Shown here: one piece after another, positions 51,693-64,000 of the stretch
Position numbering within the stretch: the first letter of the stretch is position 1
How the letters are laid out: every line of letters begins with the position of its first letter
NCBI GenBank assembly: GCA_023213395.1
Contig: CM041465.1
Span: 171,561,741 to 171,625,740 of the forward strand
Length of the DNA stretch: 64,000 nucleotides
DNA from: Cycas panzhihuaensis
Taxonomy: Eukaryota > Plantae > Cycadophyta
Reading direction: 5' to 3'
The notes under the pieces: model-generated
Told to the model about the DNA's origin: nothing
Database searches by the model: none
What the model saw: only the letters and a program-made list of their open reading frames with translations
Program-made: the position numbers and the translations under genes

Positions 51693-54150
51693 TTTTGTAG
51701 GGCCATAATATTAAAATTATTAACATGTAAGAAATAAGATTAAAATTAATATTTATAAGGTTTTTAACAAAATAGAAATAAATAGTTTGTATATTGATTT
51801 TTGAAAAGCTTTACACCTTTTCTAGGGCAATTAGACTTTTATGTCTAGATTAATTTTTCCTTTAATTATCTATTTTTCATCTAATATGTCTCTACCTTGC
51901 CACAATGGTATTAGAGCTATTTGGGGTTATAATAGAATTACACTGTAGCTATTATAAGTACTACAATTAGAAGAATCCTTAGGTACTAATAGAGATTCCT
52001 AACTTATATTCAAGTACATAGCATAAGAAGAATTTGACCATTGATATGTGATGGATTAGAGCATAAACTTAACATAGTGAATTTAGTGGAGGCAATTGAG
52101 AATATACTAAACTTCCTATAACAATGTTAACATTTCTCTTTTAAAGCATATCACCATTAGAATTAGTAATTGATCCCATAATAGACTCATGAATATAAGA
52201 AGATTTAGGTGAGAAAAACATTAAATTTAGTGATTCGAGGTATAAGATTCCTAGTATGTGCATTAGGTAGGTTCAGTTTGAGTAAGCTTATGACCCTCCA
52301 AAATAACATAACACTGCCTACACTAGAGACTAACCACATCATATAAGACCAAAAGTAAAGCAATGATGAGTTTTTGCAGTATGCTAAACAAATTTTAAAA
52401 AAAAAATCTAGGTTTTAAAAAAATTCCATTTTGAATATTCCATAGAGAAAAACATATTTCTTATTTAAAGTTTTTGAGAATAAAACATGTTTACACATCT
52501 TACAATAATAATTAATCCTAGAGCTAAAATAGACCAAGAATCATCTAGATGAGGGAAAGAGACAATGTTAGAGTAGTATATATAAATGTAATATTCAAGA
52601 AGGATAAAAGAATCATTTTTTACTATTTAAGAAGGAGAAAACACTAGCAAATTTTAAGCAAAATGTCAATGGCTAGAAATGCTAGAGCTTTAATCAAGGA
52701 GTTGTAAGCTTATAATGATTTATTATATCAAAAGGAGGATGGTGCATGCTGAAAAGGTGGAAACTAGCTCAAAATATGGGAAGAATTAAATAACATATGG
52801 GATCCCCTTATCCAAATCAATGATAACATCAACATGATAGAAGAGAAGGATAGCCCAAAGTAAACAAATATAAACACATTGAGATTCCCAAGTGATGATA
52901 GTCATAAATATTCTATCGTCATATGAAATTACCCATCTATTCTATAGATGGAGATATATACATAAATAAATAGCTAATAAAACTATTTAACTTAAGAACA
53001 CTTAGCTTTAAGAAAGCATCAAACCAAGTGGATTTGGTCATCTCTTAATTATAAGGTTTAATCTACATATGGGTGATTAGTAGAAGGATCATCCTAAAAT
53101 ATTCTTCTTCAACTAATTTAATAAAGATTTCTTTAAATACACCAAGGAAAACTAGGGTGATCCATATAAAATATAGTTAACTCATTACTTCTAGAGGAAC
53201 ACAATCATGCTTGAATATATAAAGATGTTTAAAGCATTGTAGATGGAGGCTAGAATTAAATCTCGTAATGGCATGCTGCTTTACTTGAGTAATATGAGGG
53301 TAGAAGCATGAGAAGATGTGTCTTTTTGAGCTGTGGGCACTTTAAAAGGCCGTATAAATGACACAATAGACTAAAAAAAACCAACTCTTCATCCAAACCA
53401 ACTAGATGGCACTCCAAAAGAAGTGATAAATATACATATAATTGAATAAGATAATGTCCAAGACCTTAGGGAGCCTGAATTTACTAGCTTCGAATTTTAG
53501 CTCACTTAAGAGGGAAGATATGGAGAAATCTAAGAAAATAGCATAAGGACTTTATTTTGATTATGGATAAAAATGGGAAAGGTGACACTCATTAGTCTAT
53601 CCCAAACAAAAGCAAGTTCATACTATAAAATTAGAGGATGATCAAGGTGAAGAATTATAGGATGTAGAAGAAAATCTTCTAAAAAATCAATAATATAAAG
53701 AAATTTTGAATACCCAAACCTTAGATGATGGGCATCCTGAAATCTCTATGATTACCATGTTTAGAATCTGATGAACCAATACCATTAAGATTTATGGATC
53801 TTTGAAAATAAATAGTATTAGTATTAATAGGCTTGGGAAACACTCACTACCTTATTAATATTAATATAACCAAAAGTTCAAGCCTCTATATGGATAAGAA
53901 GAAGTCTTTCAACATTTTAATATTAGGAGGTAAACTAGGTTACATGCGAAATGGAAGTGAACCATCAATAACTCTAACTAGGTAAGGTGATGATTATTAT
54001 GAACTTCTATACTTTCAATATTAGAGGTTTTGAAGTTGCACTTAGGGTCAAGTGGCTAAAAACCCTAGGTATGTATGGTCATAATCATAATGAGAACTTT
54101 AATTACTTTTATATAAGCGAGTAATTATATCAAGTTTTGGGGATCAGAAC
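51693..54150 (+). mobile_element. Degenerate Gypsy LTR-PBS-gag-protease remnant, copy 2 (LINE-free)
   Basis: PBS tggtattagagc at 51906-51917; colinear with 17911-18086 plus 24417-26720. Confidence 0.6.
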
Positions 54151-57100
54151 ACTAAAGATTTCTATTATATTGATTGAAAAGATGATAAAGCATATACTTT
54201 TCTTTACATATTAGTTTATTGAATGAATGTGCCTATACTTATCTGATGATAATTTCGACCATGGTTGATGGCTTTATAATTGTCCATACAAGCTCAATGA
54301 GTTAAGGAAAGGCTTCTTAGTACCCCTACAAGACATGTATTATCCTTCTCTTCCTCCTATTTACAATACAAATCTATTTTGTTCTCTTCTTTAGATGTTT
54401 CTTCATTTAAAACTCTTATATTTAAATACATTTTTTATTCTTACTATTATGGTTATTATCATCTCATTTTGGTTTTTGTTTTTATTTTTGTAAACATTCC
54501 ATGTCTAGTGTACAACAAAGTTTACCATGATACTACTTCAAAACTTTATGGCATCGCTAAGAACTTCACAATACTAATTCTTTCATTTCTTTTTTTTTTT
54601 GGCCCACTATTGGTCATGCATTTATGGTACCTAATAAGGTATCAACTCACTTTTCGCATCAAAACCATGGGCTATGTATCAGTTTGGCTTAAAAACCATA
54701 GGCTAATTAATGCCTCTAGCATTAATTATCCCCAAAAGCATGGGTAATTAGCCCATGGTGTTCCTCTAGACTATGGGTCCAAAACCATGGGTCCTAACTC
54801 ATCTATCTTTCTATTTATACCCTCCATTTTTCATTGGAAAAGGGAGATTAATTTCTAACCTGATATGTTATTATTATGCTCCTAAATTTTATGCAAAAAA
54901 CCCATAGCTTTTAAATCTGATTAGTTGAATTCCACTATTAGATTAAGACTTTAATATTAGATATTATTATAGTACTCTTTGGATGGAGTAGAATGTCACT
55001 CGCATCTCCCCTTCACTTGGAATAAGGGTAACACCCCCCACATTACCAAGATTTTCTTCCTTCTTCTAATACTTTATTTACTTACTTTTATGGCATTAAA
55101 TTACCATCTTTTATGCTTGTTATTTGCTCTAATTTTAGTTCTTTTGTATTTGCATACTTAACTTTCTTTGTAGTTGGCATCTTATAGAGGAAAAAATAGG
55201 CTCAATATTGCTTATTAGGATAAAAAAAGGGTGGCAAAATAGCCATTTCTTATGCCCCTCTTTATGCCATTTCCTTTGCTTATTTTAAGTCAATATTTTA
55301 GCTTTAGTTTTCAAGATTTTTCATCTATTTACTATATACTTTGTTAGATACTAATCAATGTAGGTGGAGGGGCTTTCCTAAAGATTTGAGTGCAACTTAG
55401 AGTGTGCTTAGAGTAACTAAAGAAATCTCTTCCTTCTCTTTCATTCATTCAACTCAAACAAATAAAGTGCTTATTAGATAGTCATTATGCTATTAAAATT
55501 ATTTCAGATAGCTATAAAGGTTAGTATATTAATGTAGCTTTTAAATTGACTTCTAACATATTTTATTTTAAACATAATTTTTTTTGTAGTATAGGTCAAT
55601 CTAATAAGTAGAAATATTATTAAAATCTTCCTAGAAATCATTTATAAACACATTTACCTAATCTTATTTTTCATGTATTGGTAATTCAAAAATTTGTGAA
55701 TAAAATTTACTAAAAAAAGGGGTAAAATTAGATATTTGGAATATTATTCTTAGTATTCCTTAAACCTTTCCTTTTATAAATTCAGTTTTGAAAACAAAAA
55801 ACATTTAAAAATATTACTTTATTTCATAGTTTTATTTAACAAAAAGGATTAGGAAAAGAGTTTACACTTATTGTATACTCATTGTTGCCTATTCTTCCCT
55901 TACCTCACATGTAGATTTTCATTAAAAAAGAAAAAAAAGGTTTATTAAAATGATCAGAAAAGAAGGTTTAAAAAGAATATTTCTCTTTTGCATATTACAT
56001 TTGCACTTGCATTTTGGTATGTATCTTTTCAAAGACCTAATGAGGAAGAGATTTGCACCTGTTGTGAGTCTTTGAATATATGGGGCTACACTTATATTTT
56101 TTAGGTTAGATTATTTATTACTTGTATGCAACTAAAATTATATAACTAGTAGTATTTAAATTATTTATTATATTCCCCTCTTAGTCTCTTATAGGTTTTA
56201 GGGTCTTATTCTCCTCTTAGTCTCTTATATGAACTTCTATACTTTCAAAACACTAAAGATATTTATTGTATTGATTGAAAAGATGATAAAGTATATACTT
56301 TTGTTTACCTGTTGGTTTATTGAATGAATGTGCCCATACTTAGCTTATGATTATTTCGACCATGGTTAATGGCTTTATAATTGTCCATACAAGCTCAATG
56401 TGTTAAGGAAAGACTTCTTAGTACCCGTACAAGACATGTATTATCCTTCTCTTCCTCTTATTAACAATACTAATCTATTTTGTTCTCTTCTTTAGATGTT
56501 TCTTCATTTAAAACTCTTATTTTTAAGTACATTTTTTATTCTTACTATCATGGTTATTATCAACTTATTTTAGTTTTTGTTTTTATTTTTGTAAAAATTC
56601 CATTTCTAGTGTACAACAAAGTTTACCGTGATACTACTTTACAACTTCATGGCATCGCTAAGAACTTCATGATACTAATTCTTTCATTTCTTTTTTTTTG
56701 GCCCACTATTGGTCATGCATTTATGGTACCTAATAAAGCATCAACTCACTTTTCCCATCAAAACCATTAGCTATGTATGGGTTTGGCTTTAAAACCATAG
56801 GCTAATTAATGCCTATAGTATTAATTCTCCTCAAAAGCATGGGTAATTAGCCCATGGTGTTCCTCTAGACTATGGGTCCAAAACCATGGGTCCTAACTCA
56901 TCTATCTTTCTATTTATACCCTCTAGTTTTCATTGGAAAAGGGATATTAATTTCTAAGCTGATATGTTATTATTATGCTACTAAAATTTATGCAAAAAGC
57001 CTATAGCTTTCAAATCTGATTGGTTGAATTCTACTATTAGATTAAGGATTTAATATTAGACATTATTAGAGTACTCTTTGGATGGAGTAGAATGTCACTC

Positions 57101-58305
57101 GCATCTCCCCTTCATATAGAATAAGGATAACACCCCCCACATTGCCTATATTTTCTTCCTTCTTCTAATACTTTATTTACTTACTTTTATGGCATTAAAT
57201 TACCCTATTTTATGCTTGTTATTTGCTCTAATTTTAGTTCTTTTGTCTTTACATACTTAACTTTCTTTGTAGTTGGCATCTTATAAAGGAAAAAATAGGC
57301 TCAATATTGCTTATTAGGTTTAAGAAAGGGTGGCAAAATAGCAATTTCTGATGCCCCTCTTTACGCCATTTCCTTTGCTTATTTAAGTCAATATTTTAGC
57401 TTTAGTTTGCAAGATTTTTCATCTATTTACTATAGACTTTGTTAGATACTAATCAATGTAGGTGGAGGAGCTTTCCTAAAGATTTGAATGCAACTTAGAG
57501 TGTGCTTAGAGTAACTAAAGAAATCCCTTCCTTCTCTTTCATTCATTCAACTCAAACAAATAAAGTGCTTATTACACAGTCATTATGCTATCAAAATTAT
57601 CTTAGATAGCTATAAAGATTAGTATCTTAAAGTAGCTTTTAAATTAACTTCTAACATATTTTATTTTAAAGATAAACTTTTTTCAATATAGGTCAATCTA
57701 ATAAGTAGAAATATTATTAAAATTTTCCTAGAAATCATTTATAAACACATTTACCTAATCTTATTTTACATGTATTGGTAATTCAGAAAATTGTGAATAA
57801 AATTTACTAAAAAAATGGGGTCAAATTAGATATTTGGAATATTATTCTTAGTATTCCTTAAACCTTTCCTTTTATAAATTCAGTTTTGAAAACAAAAAAC
57901 ACTTAAAATATTATCTTATTTCATAGTTTTATTTTTAAAAAAGGATTAGGAAAAGAGTTTACACTTATTGTATACTCATTGTTGCCTATTCTTTCCTTAC
58001 CTCACATGTAGGTTTTCATTAAAAAAGAAAAAAAAAAAGGTTTCTTAAGATAATCAGAAAAGAAGGTTTGAAAAGAATATTTCTCTTCTGCATATTACAT
58101 TTTCACTTGCATTTTGGCATGTATCTTTTCAAAGACCTAATGAGGAAGAGGTTTGCACCTACTGTGAGTCTTTCAATATGTGGGGCTACACTTATATTTT
58201 TTAGGTTAGATTATTTATTACTTGTATGCAACTAAAATTATATAACTAGTAGTATTTAAATTATTTATTATATTCTCATCTTAGTCTCTTATAGGTTTTA
58301 GGGTC
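54148..58305 (+). repeat. ~2.1 kb tandem duplication inside copy 2 (54148-56205 and 56249-58305)
   Basis: Both units start aacactaaagat and end ttataggttttagggtctt; a single unit lies at ~26693-28716. Confidence 0.93.
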
Positions 58306-60961
58306 TTCTTTTTGTTGAAAAGAGGGGATAGTCATCTTTCTGCCTGGGTTTCATTATCATATGAGAAAGATTATTTTATGATTTTAGGCATTAAGTCTCT
58401 AATTTATGTTCTAAATAGGTTGTTAAATGGTGCCTATCTCCACCATCTGTTCATGCATAGGATGTTCATAATTAAGTGAGTTTCATTTATACTATTGATA
58501 ATGATGACCTCTTATATTTCAGCCTCTTTGATCTTGAGGTATATTAGAATTACCAAACTGCATTGCGCTTGTGTGAGTGTTATCATTAGTAGAAGAGTCT
58601 TTATTGACTTATTCATCAGTGAATATATCCTATGGTCTTGATTCCTTTAGATACTCTTATTTTGGATAGTCCTTTTCTTGGTTCTTTTATATTGATTCTA
58701 TTAAGTTAGGTTCATGTTAGAGCCAGGATTAAGATGGGTCAATTCATTTGGGTTGTTATAGTTGCATTAAATGGGCACATAGTTACATAAGTGCTTTTTG
58801 GAAACTCATACTTAATTGATCCCTTTACAATGTAAGGGTTGTTGTTGTGTTGTTTGGCCCTCTGAGGGCATTGGGTATCTTATTTAGTTGATATTATCTT
58901 AGTCTTTGCAGTTGATTTTTAGTTCATCTCCTTGTTTAATTCACAAGTTACCTCATCTGCCTACTTATATTATATATTTTAATTGTTAATTAGTTTTACT
59001 TATTATTTTAATCTCTCTTTATTTTTCTCTTTTTCTAACACATAGCACATACCTATATTTTAGCCTTAGGTCAATATAGAAAACACATTAGGCATCATCC
59101 TTGCACTTGTGTATAAGAGATGCATGAGTACCCTATAGGGAGCATATACTCATACCCCCCCCCAAATTGGATCCTTGTTCATCCTTTAGGTCCATTCTAA
59201 GGTTTTATTTATACGTCCTCTCCTCCTATCTACCTGTGTTCATTAGCAACCATATTGGAGACTCACCAATATAATGTTATCTTTGTATTATATTAATAAT
59301 TCTTCTTCTTTTCCTTATTCAAATCCTTTGAGATAGGGTGAGACTCCATTTAGTTTATAACTCATCTTTATGAGGATCCCTCATATTTATCCTATAGCTT
59401 TAGAGTCTAGATGTATACCATAAGTTTAGACCTTCTTCATTTTTTTCTTCTACTTCTTGTATATGACGATATTCTCATCATCTTAAAGGCCTTCCTCCAT
59501 TTGTCTCTAATCTTTCACATCCGTCTAGTCCTTCACCTATTGAGCACTCCTCAATGGTAGGCTAGATCCAACTTGAGTGGTCTACAAATCCCTTTTAGGC
59601 CCAATAGTTAAACTACTTACAAGAGTTTTACCTAACACAAGATCTATATCAAGCCCAAGATATATACCAAGCCTACATGTAGGATTGGCCTTAAGTAATT
59701 GATACTTATGTATCACAGGTGCTTTATCAAGAAGGAGTAGATCTTATGTACTATCCATATGAAGTAAATTAGGACCCCACTAAGTCTCTGACATATATCA
59801 TTAGATCCACCACCTAACTCCATGACCTTTCTTAAACCCCAAAGTTAAAACTCAAGCTTTTACTTTGATCAGACCCAAGATGGTAAGTAGGTTCCCAACC
59901 CACTTCAAATATAATCCACTCTATTCGATACTGAAACCATCATTAAAGTATAATACAAAGTAGTTGTAATAATAAATCTTACTTTAGTTTAGGTTTGCTA
60001 TTTATTTGGGATTGTGCCTACATTTGTCTTATTCATTTCCTAACCTCAATAGTAAGTAAGCTCATAATAGTAGACTACTTCCTAACTAGTAGCACCATCT
60101 GCCCCTCCACTTATCCACCCATCCACCCCCAAATTAATAATAGCCCTATTTATAGGTCCTATTTTAATAGTGATGCCCTAATCTATCCCATATGTTTCCC
60201 CACTTATCCCACCAATAAGTGGGCTTCATACATCTTTTCAGTAACTAATAGTTATATGGACTACTCCTATACCTCTAGTTTTTCCTCATCCTCATCCAAT
60301 ATGACTGTTAAGGATGCCTCACCCCCTCCATGTCCCATTCATCCTATCCAACCTATCTCCTAACCTCGGTAACCCTCCTTCATTTTGCCTATGTATATTT
60401 CCTAATAGTGGGGATAAGGTGGGCCTCATCCTCAACCTATATTTAGAGTTAATCCATTTTACCCATATGTATTTGCCCCACTGATTAGAGGCCTATATGG
60501 TTTGAATTCAATTCCACATCCTCCATCTTATCTTTTACCACTTTACCAAATCACATATATTTGTTCTCAAGTATATTGTAGGTCCCTAATCCACCCATGT
60601 TTATTAAGGTCTTAATATCTAGCCTTATTAGACTTGACCTAGGCTTGCACCTATCTTATCTTATATAACTATACCTTAAGGAGTTACTACATAGGTTTGT
60701 GTTCCTTATCAAGCCCCCACCTTTGGTACCTCAATATATAGGGTACCTATTCTATATATACCTAACCCCTATGCCCAAGCAATAACTACTTATCAAGCTA
60801 AAACCATCTCTTAAACTATTCCATCATGCCAAGCCTACCAACAAGTATATACACCTTATGTGCGGAGCCAAACATACCTAGTTTATCCATCATAACAAAT
60901 CTTTTTACTAGTTAATCATCTAGCTTAACTTGGTATACATCCCTTTAATGATTATAAGACC

Positions 60962-63900
60962 AACCAACTCTCCCTTGAGGCCCCTAGAACTAATTTGTTG
61001 CCCTAGCCCTTATAAGTACCTAACTTTGAAGGTAATTTATCTTAAGACCTTAGATATCATGTTGAGTTTTTTACCATGGCATCTATTGATTAATGGTTGT
61101 ATGATTATATCCTAATAAGTCTTTTTCCTAGGTCCCTCTATGGTGATACCCTTAATTAGTTTTATTATTTGCCCTTCCACTCCATCCATTACTTTTAGTA
61201 ATTGGTAGATACCTTCGTAAATTATTTTGACATGTCACACCCTTTTAAGAGTGGCTCTAAAGCCTTACTCTCTCTTAAACAAGGCCATGATGAGCTTAAC
61301 AGAGACTTCGTGCACTGTTTTTCTAATTTACTCCACTTAATTAAGGCTACTTTACCCGAAGACTTAAAATGAAATATCTTTGTTAATGCTCATTATCCTA
61401 AGTTCATGCAGAAGATTTTAAGATGGGAACAACTACATGTGACTCTGCAATTGCTAAGTGTCTTTATTTAGAATTCATCAAGATCCAAGTAGGCTTAAAG
61501 AAGGTCAATAAACCCTTCCTACAATGGGAGGCACAATGTTTTCTATAACACCAAAGGTCCCAACCATTAGCTTTAAGGCCTATTATCAATAATGCTAACA
61601 TGACCATAGACTTCTTAACTTCTATAGTTTGTTCTTTTAAGAAAGTATTGAGAGATTTAAAATTGTAACCATCCTAAAGCCAACCCAAGCTACTTGCTCC
61701 CTTACATAGGTATATGCTAGTTCTCTAAGTGACCCAAGATATTTCCTAAATTAAGGGTAGGACTACTACCCTTCCTTAGGATAAAAGAAATTTATAATTG
61801 GCCTTGATTAAAACTAAGTTGACAATCTTATTCTTAAAGGACATAGAAATATTGATTGGGTTGGTTTCCAAGACTTATGCCATTTCATATTAGGTTACTT
61901 CTTTGACATGAACTCAATTGTAACCTCTTAGAGCTACAAGAAACAACCAGATGTTGCTCTCTCCTTGAGGTGACACAAGCTAGTCACACTCATAAATAAG
62001 AGGCAAGATTAGTTAAGATTTAATATATCCAAATGATAATTGATTAATAATTAATAAATGATGAATGATATTTGATATTACATAGACCCAATATATTTAT
62101 AGTCCATCTATGGAAGGTTGTGTTCATTTAGAAATAGATATGACCCTTCACTTAATTTAATTATGATTATTTATGCCTAAATATACCATTTAGGCTTATT
62201 ACAAGCTCTCCACTCTTGAATGGCTTCATCCTTGAAGCCTACTTAAATAGAATAGTCTTCGTATGAGCAACATAATGTCATATAGATTTATGAGATTCAC
62301 ATGTCGATTTAAATCGCAATAGAAGTAAACATGTGATTCAAAAGATGTTGTGTCCTAGATTCTCGTTAATCTTTTATTAAACCATGGTATTATAGACCAT
62401 TGTCTTCTAGTTTGATAAGAGTTCTAGCTTTGTGCTAATGGCATGGTATATTTATTTATTAAGTGGATTGTTGTTAAGACATCCCAAGGAATCTTTCACT
62501 TAAGATTATGAATAGGTATCTTGATTTTTTATTGACCAGTTCTCCCTTGAGGCCCCTTATAGGTACCCAACATTGAATGCAATTCATCCTAAGACCTTAG
62601 AGATCATGTTGAGTTTTTTACCATGGCATGTATTGATTATTGGTTGTATGACCATATCCTAATACGTCTCTTTCCTAGGTCCCTTAAGGGGATACCCTTA
62701 ATTAATTTTATTATTTGTCCTTCCACTCCATTCATTACTTTTAGTAATTGGTAGATACCTTCGTAAATTATTTTGATGTGACATACCCTTTTAATAATGG
62801 CTATAAAGCCTTACTCTCTCTTAAACAAGGACATGATGAGCTCAACAGAGACTTCGTGCACTATTTTTCTAATTTATTCCACTTAATTAAGGCTACTCTA
62901 CCTGAAGACTTGAAATGAAATATCTTTGTTAATGCTTATTATCCTAAGTTCATGCAAAAGATTTTAAGATGGGAACAACTACATGTGACTCTGCAATTGC
63001 TAAGTGTCTTTATTTGGAATCCATGAAGATCCAAGTAGGCTTAAAGAAGGTCAATAAAGCCTTCCTACAATGAGAGGCACATTATTTTCTATAACACCAA
63101 AGGTCCCAACCATTAGCTTTAAGGCCTATTATCAATAATGCTAACATGACCATAAACTTCTTAACCTCTATAGTTTGTTCTTTTAAGAAAGTATTGAGAG
63201 ATTTAAAGTTGTAACCATCCTAAAGCCAACCCAAGCTACTTGCTCCCTTACATGGGTATATGCCAATTCTCTAAGTGACCCAAGCTATTTCCTAAATTAG
63301 GGGTATTGCTACTACCCTTCCTTAGGATAAAAGGAATTTATAAAAAGAATTTATAATTAGCCTTAATTAAAACTAAGTTGACAATCTTATTCTAAAAGGA
63401 CATAGAAATGTTGATTGGGTTGGTTGCCAAGACTTATGCCATTTCATATTAGGGTACTGCTTTGACATGAACTCGACTATAGCCTCTTAGAGCTACAAGA
63501 AACAACCAAATGTTGCTCTCTCCTTGAGGTGACGCAAACTAGTCACACCCATAAACATAAGGCAAGATTGGTTAAGATTTAATATATCCAAATGCTAATT
63601 AATTAATAATTGATAAATGATGAATGATGTTTGATATTACATAGACCCAATATATTTATAGTCCATCTATGGAAACTTATGTTCATTTACAAATAGATAT
63701 GACCCTTCACTTAATTTAATTATGATTATTTATGCCTAAATATACCATTTAGGCTCACTACAAGCTCTCCACTCTTGAAAGGCTTCATCCTTGAAGCCTA
63801 CTTAAATAGAATAGTCTTCATACGAGCAACATAATGTCGTATAGATTTATGAGATTCACATATCAATTTAAATCGCAATAGAAGTAAACATATGATTCAA

Positions 63901-64000
63901 AAGATACTTTGTCCTAGATTCTCGTTAATCTTTTATTAAACCATGGTATTATAGACCATTGTCTTCTAGTTTGATAAGACTTCTGGCTTTGTGATAATGG
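60962..64000 (+). repeat. ~1.57 kb tandem duplication inside copy 2 (60962-62532 and 62533 onward), each with a Copia RNase H fragment and a nested LTR
   Basis: tctcccttgaggcccc at ~60969 and ~62541. LTR copies at 61966-62203 and 63525-63762 match 29355-29592. Confidence 0.93.

Larger units (their letters stand above)
39372..64000 (+). repeat. Tandem segmental duplication, copy 2 (runs off the window)
   Basis: Colinear with 5974-~29920. It lacks the LINE and has two extra internal duplications plus a ~3 kb segment absent from copy 1. Confidence 0.92.

Noticed and set aside
54379-54747. Hydrophobic ORF recurring at 27014, 54379 and 56480
   Set aside because: The recurrence is explained by the duplications. 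Lengths and frames differ between copies, starts are non-ATG, and hydrophobicity follows from T-richness.
59995-60363. Pro/Ser-rich 122 aa ORF
   Set aside because: It has a TTG start, low-complexity composition and no supporting gene structure.
5974-64000. Duplication as an assembly artefact (uncollapsed haplotypes)
   Set aside because: The copies differ by several percent with many independent indels and a TE insertion, and the junction truncates an LTR at a defined point. This favours a real old duplication, though reads were not available to confirm it.

Overview
AT-rich, CpG-depleted plant nuclear DNA, probably a large-genome seed plant (gymnosperm-like is only a guess). I see no intact protein-coding gene, RNA gene or CRISPR array. 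Most of the window is one old tandem segmental duplication: copy 1 at ~5974-39371 and copy 2 from ~39372 to beyond 64000, differing at about 5 of 60 bases in a spot check. Each copy carries a pseudogene of an LRR-XII (EFR/FLS2/XA21-type) receptor kinase. The two lost largely complementary parts: copy 1 lost most LRRs and kept a damaged kinase, while copy 2 kept ~18 LRRs plus the TM helix and lost the kinase. The rest is nested retroelement debris. It includes a full-length L1-clade LINE with an RNase H domain (copy 1 only, with TSD and an empty site in copy 2), Copia and Gypsy remnants, a ~3.5 kb gag-only LTR element inserted in a Copia RNase H, and a tandem Gypsy unit lacking RT. The first 5 kb holds two related LTR-element 5' ends facing each other around a 2.4 kb AT/AC microsatellite. 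One of them has a triple primer-binding site that appears to contain the full 18-nt copy of the tRNA-iMet 3' end. Many junctions show microhomology and locally templated filler DNA. I cannot support a new multi-gene system here; the most novel signals are mechanistic footprints of reverse transcription and DNA repair. All boundaries were read by eye and are approximate unless a motif is quoted.
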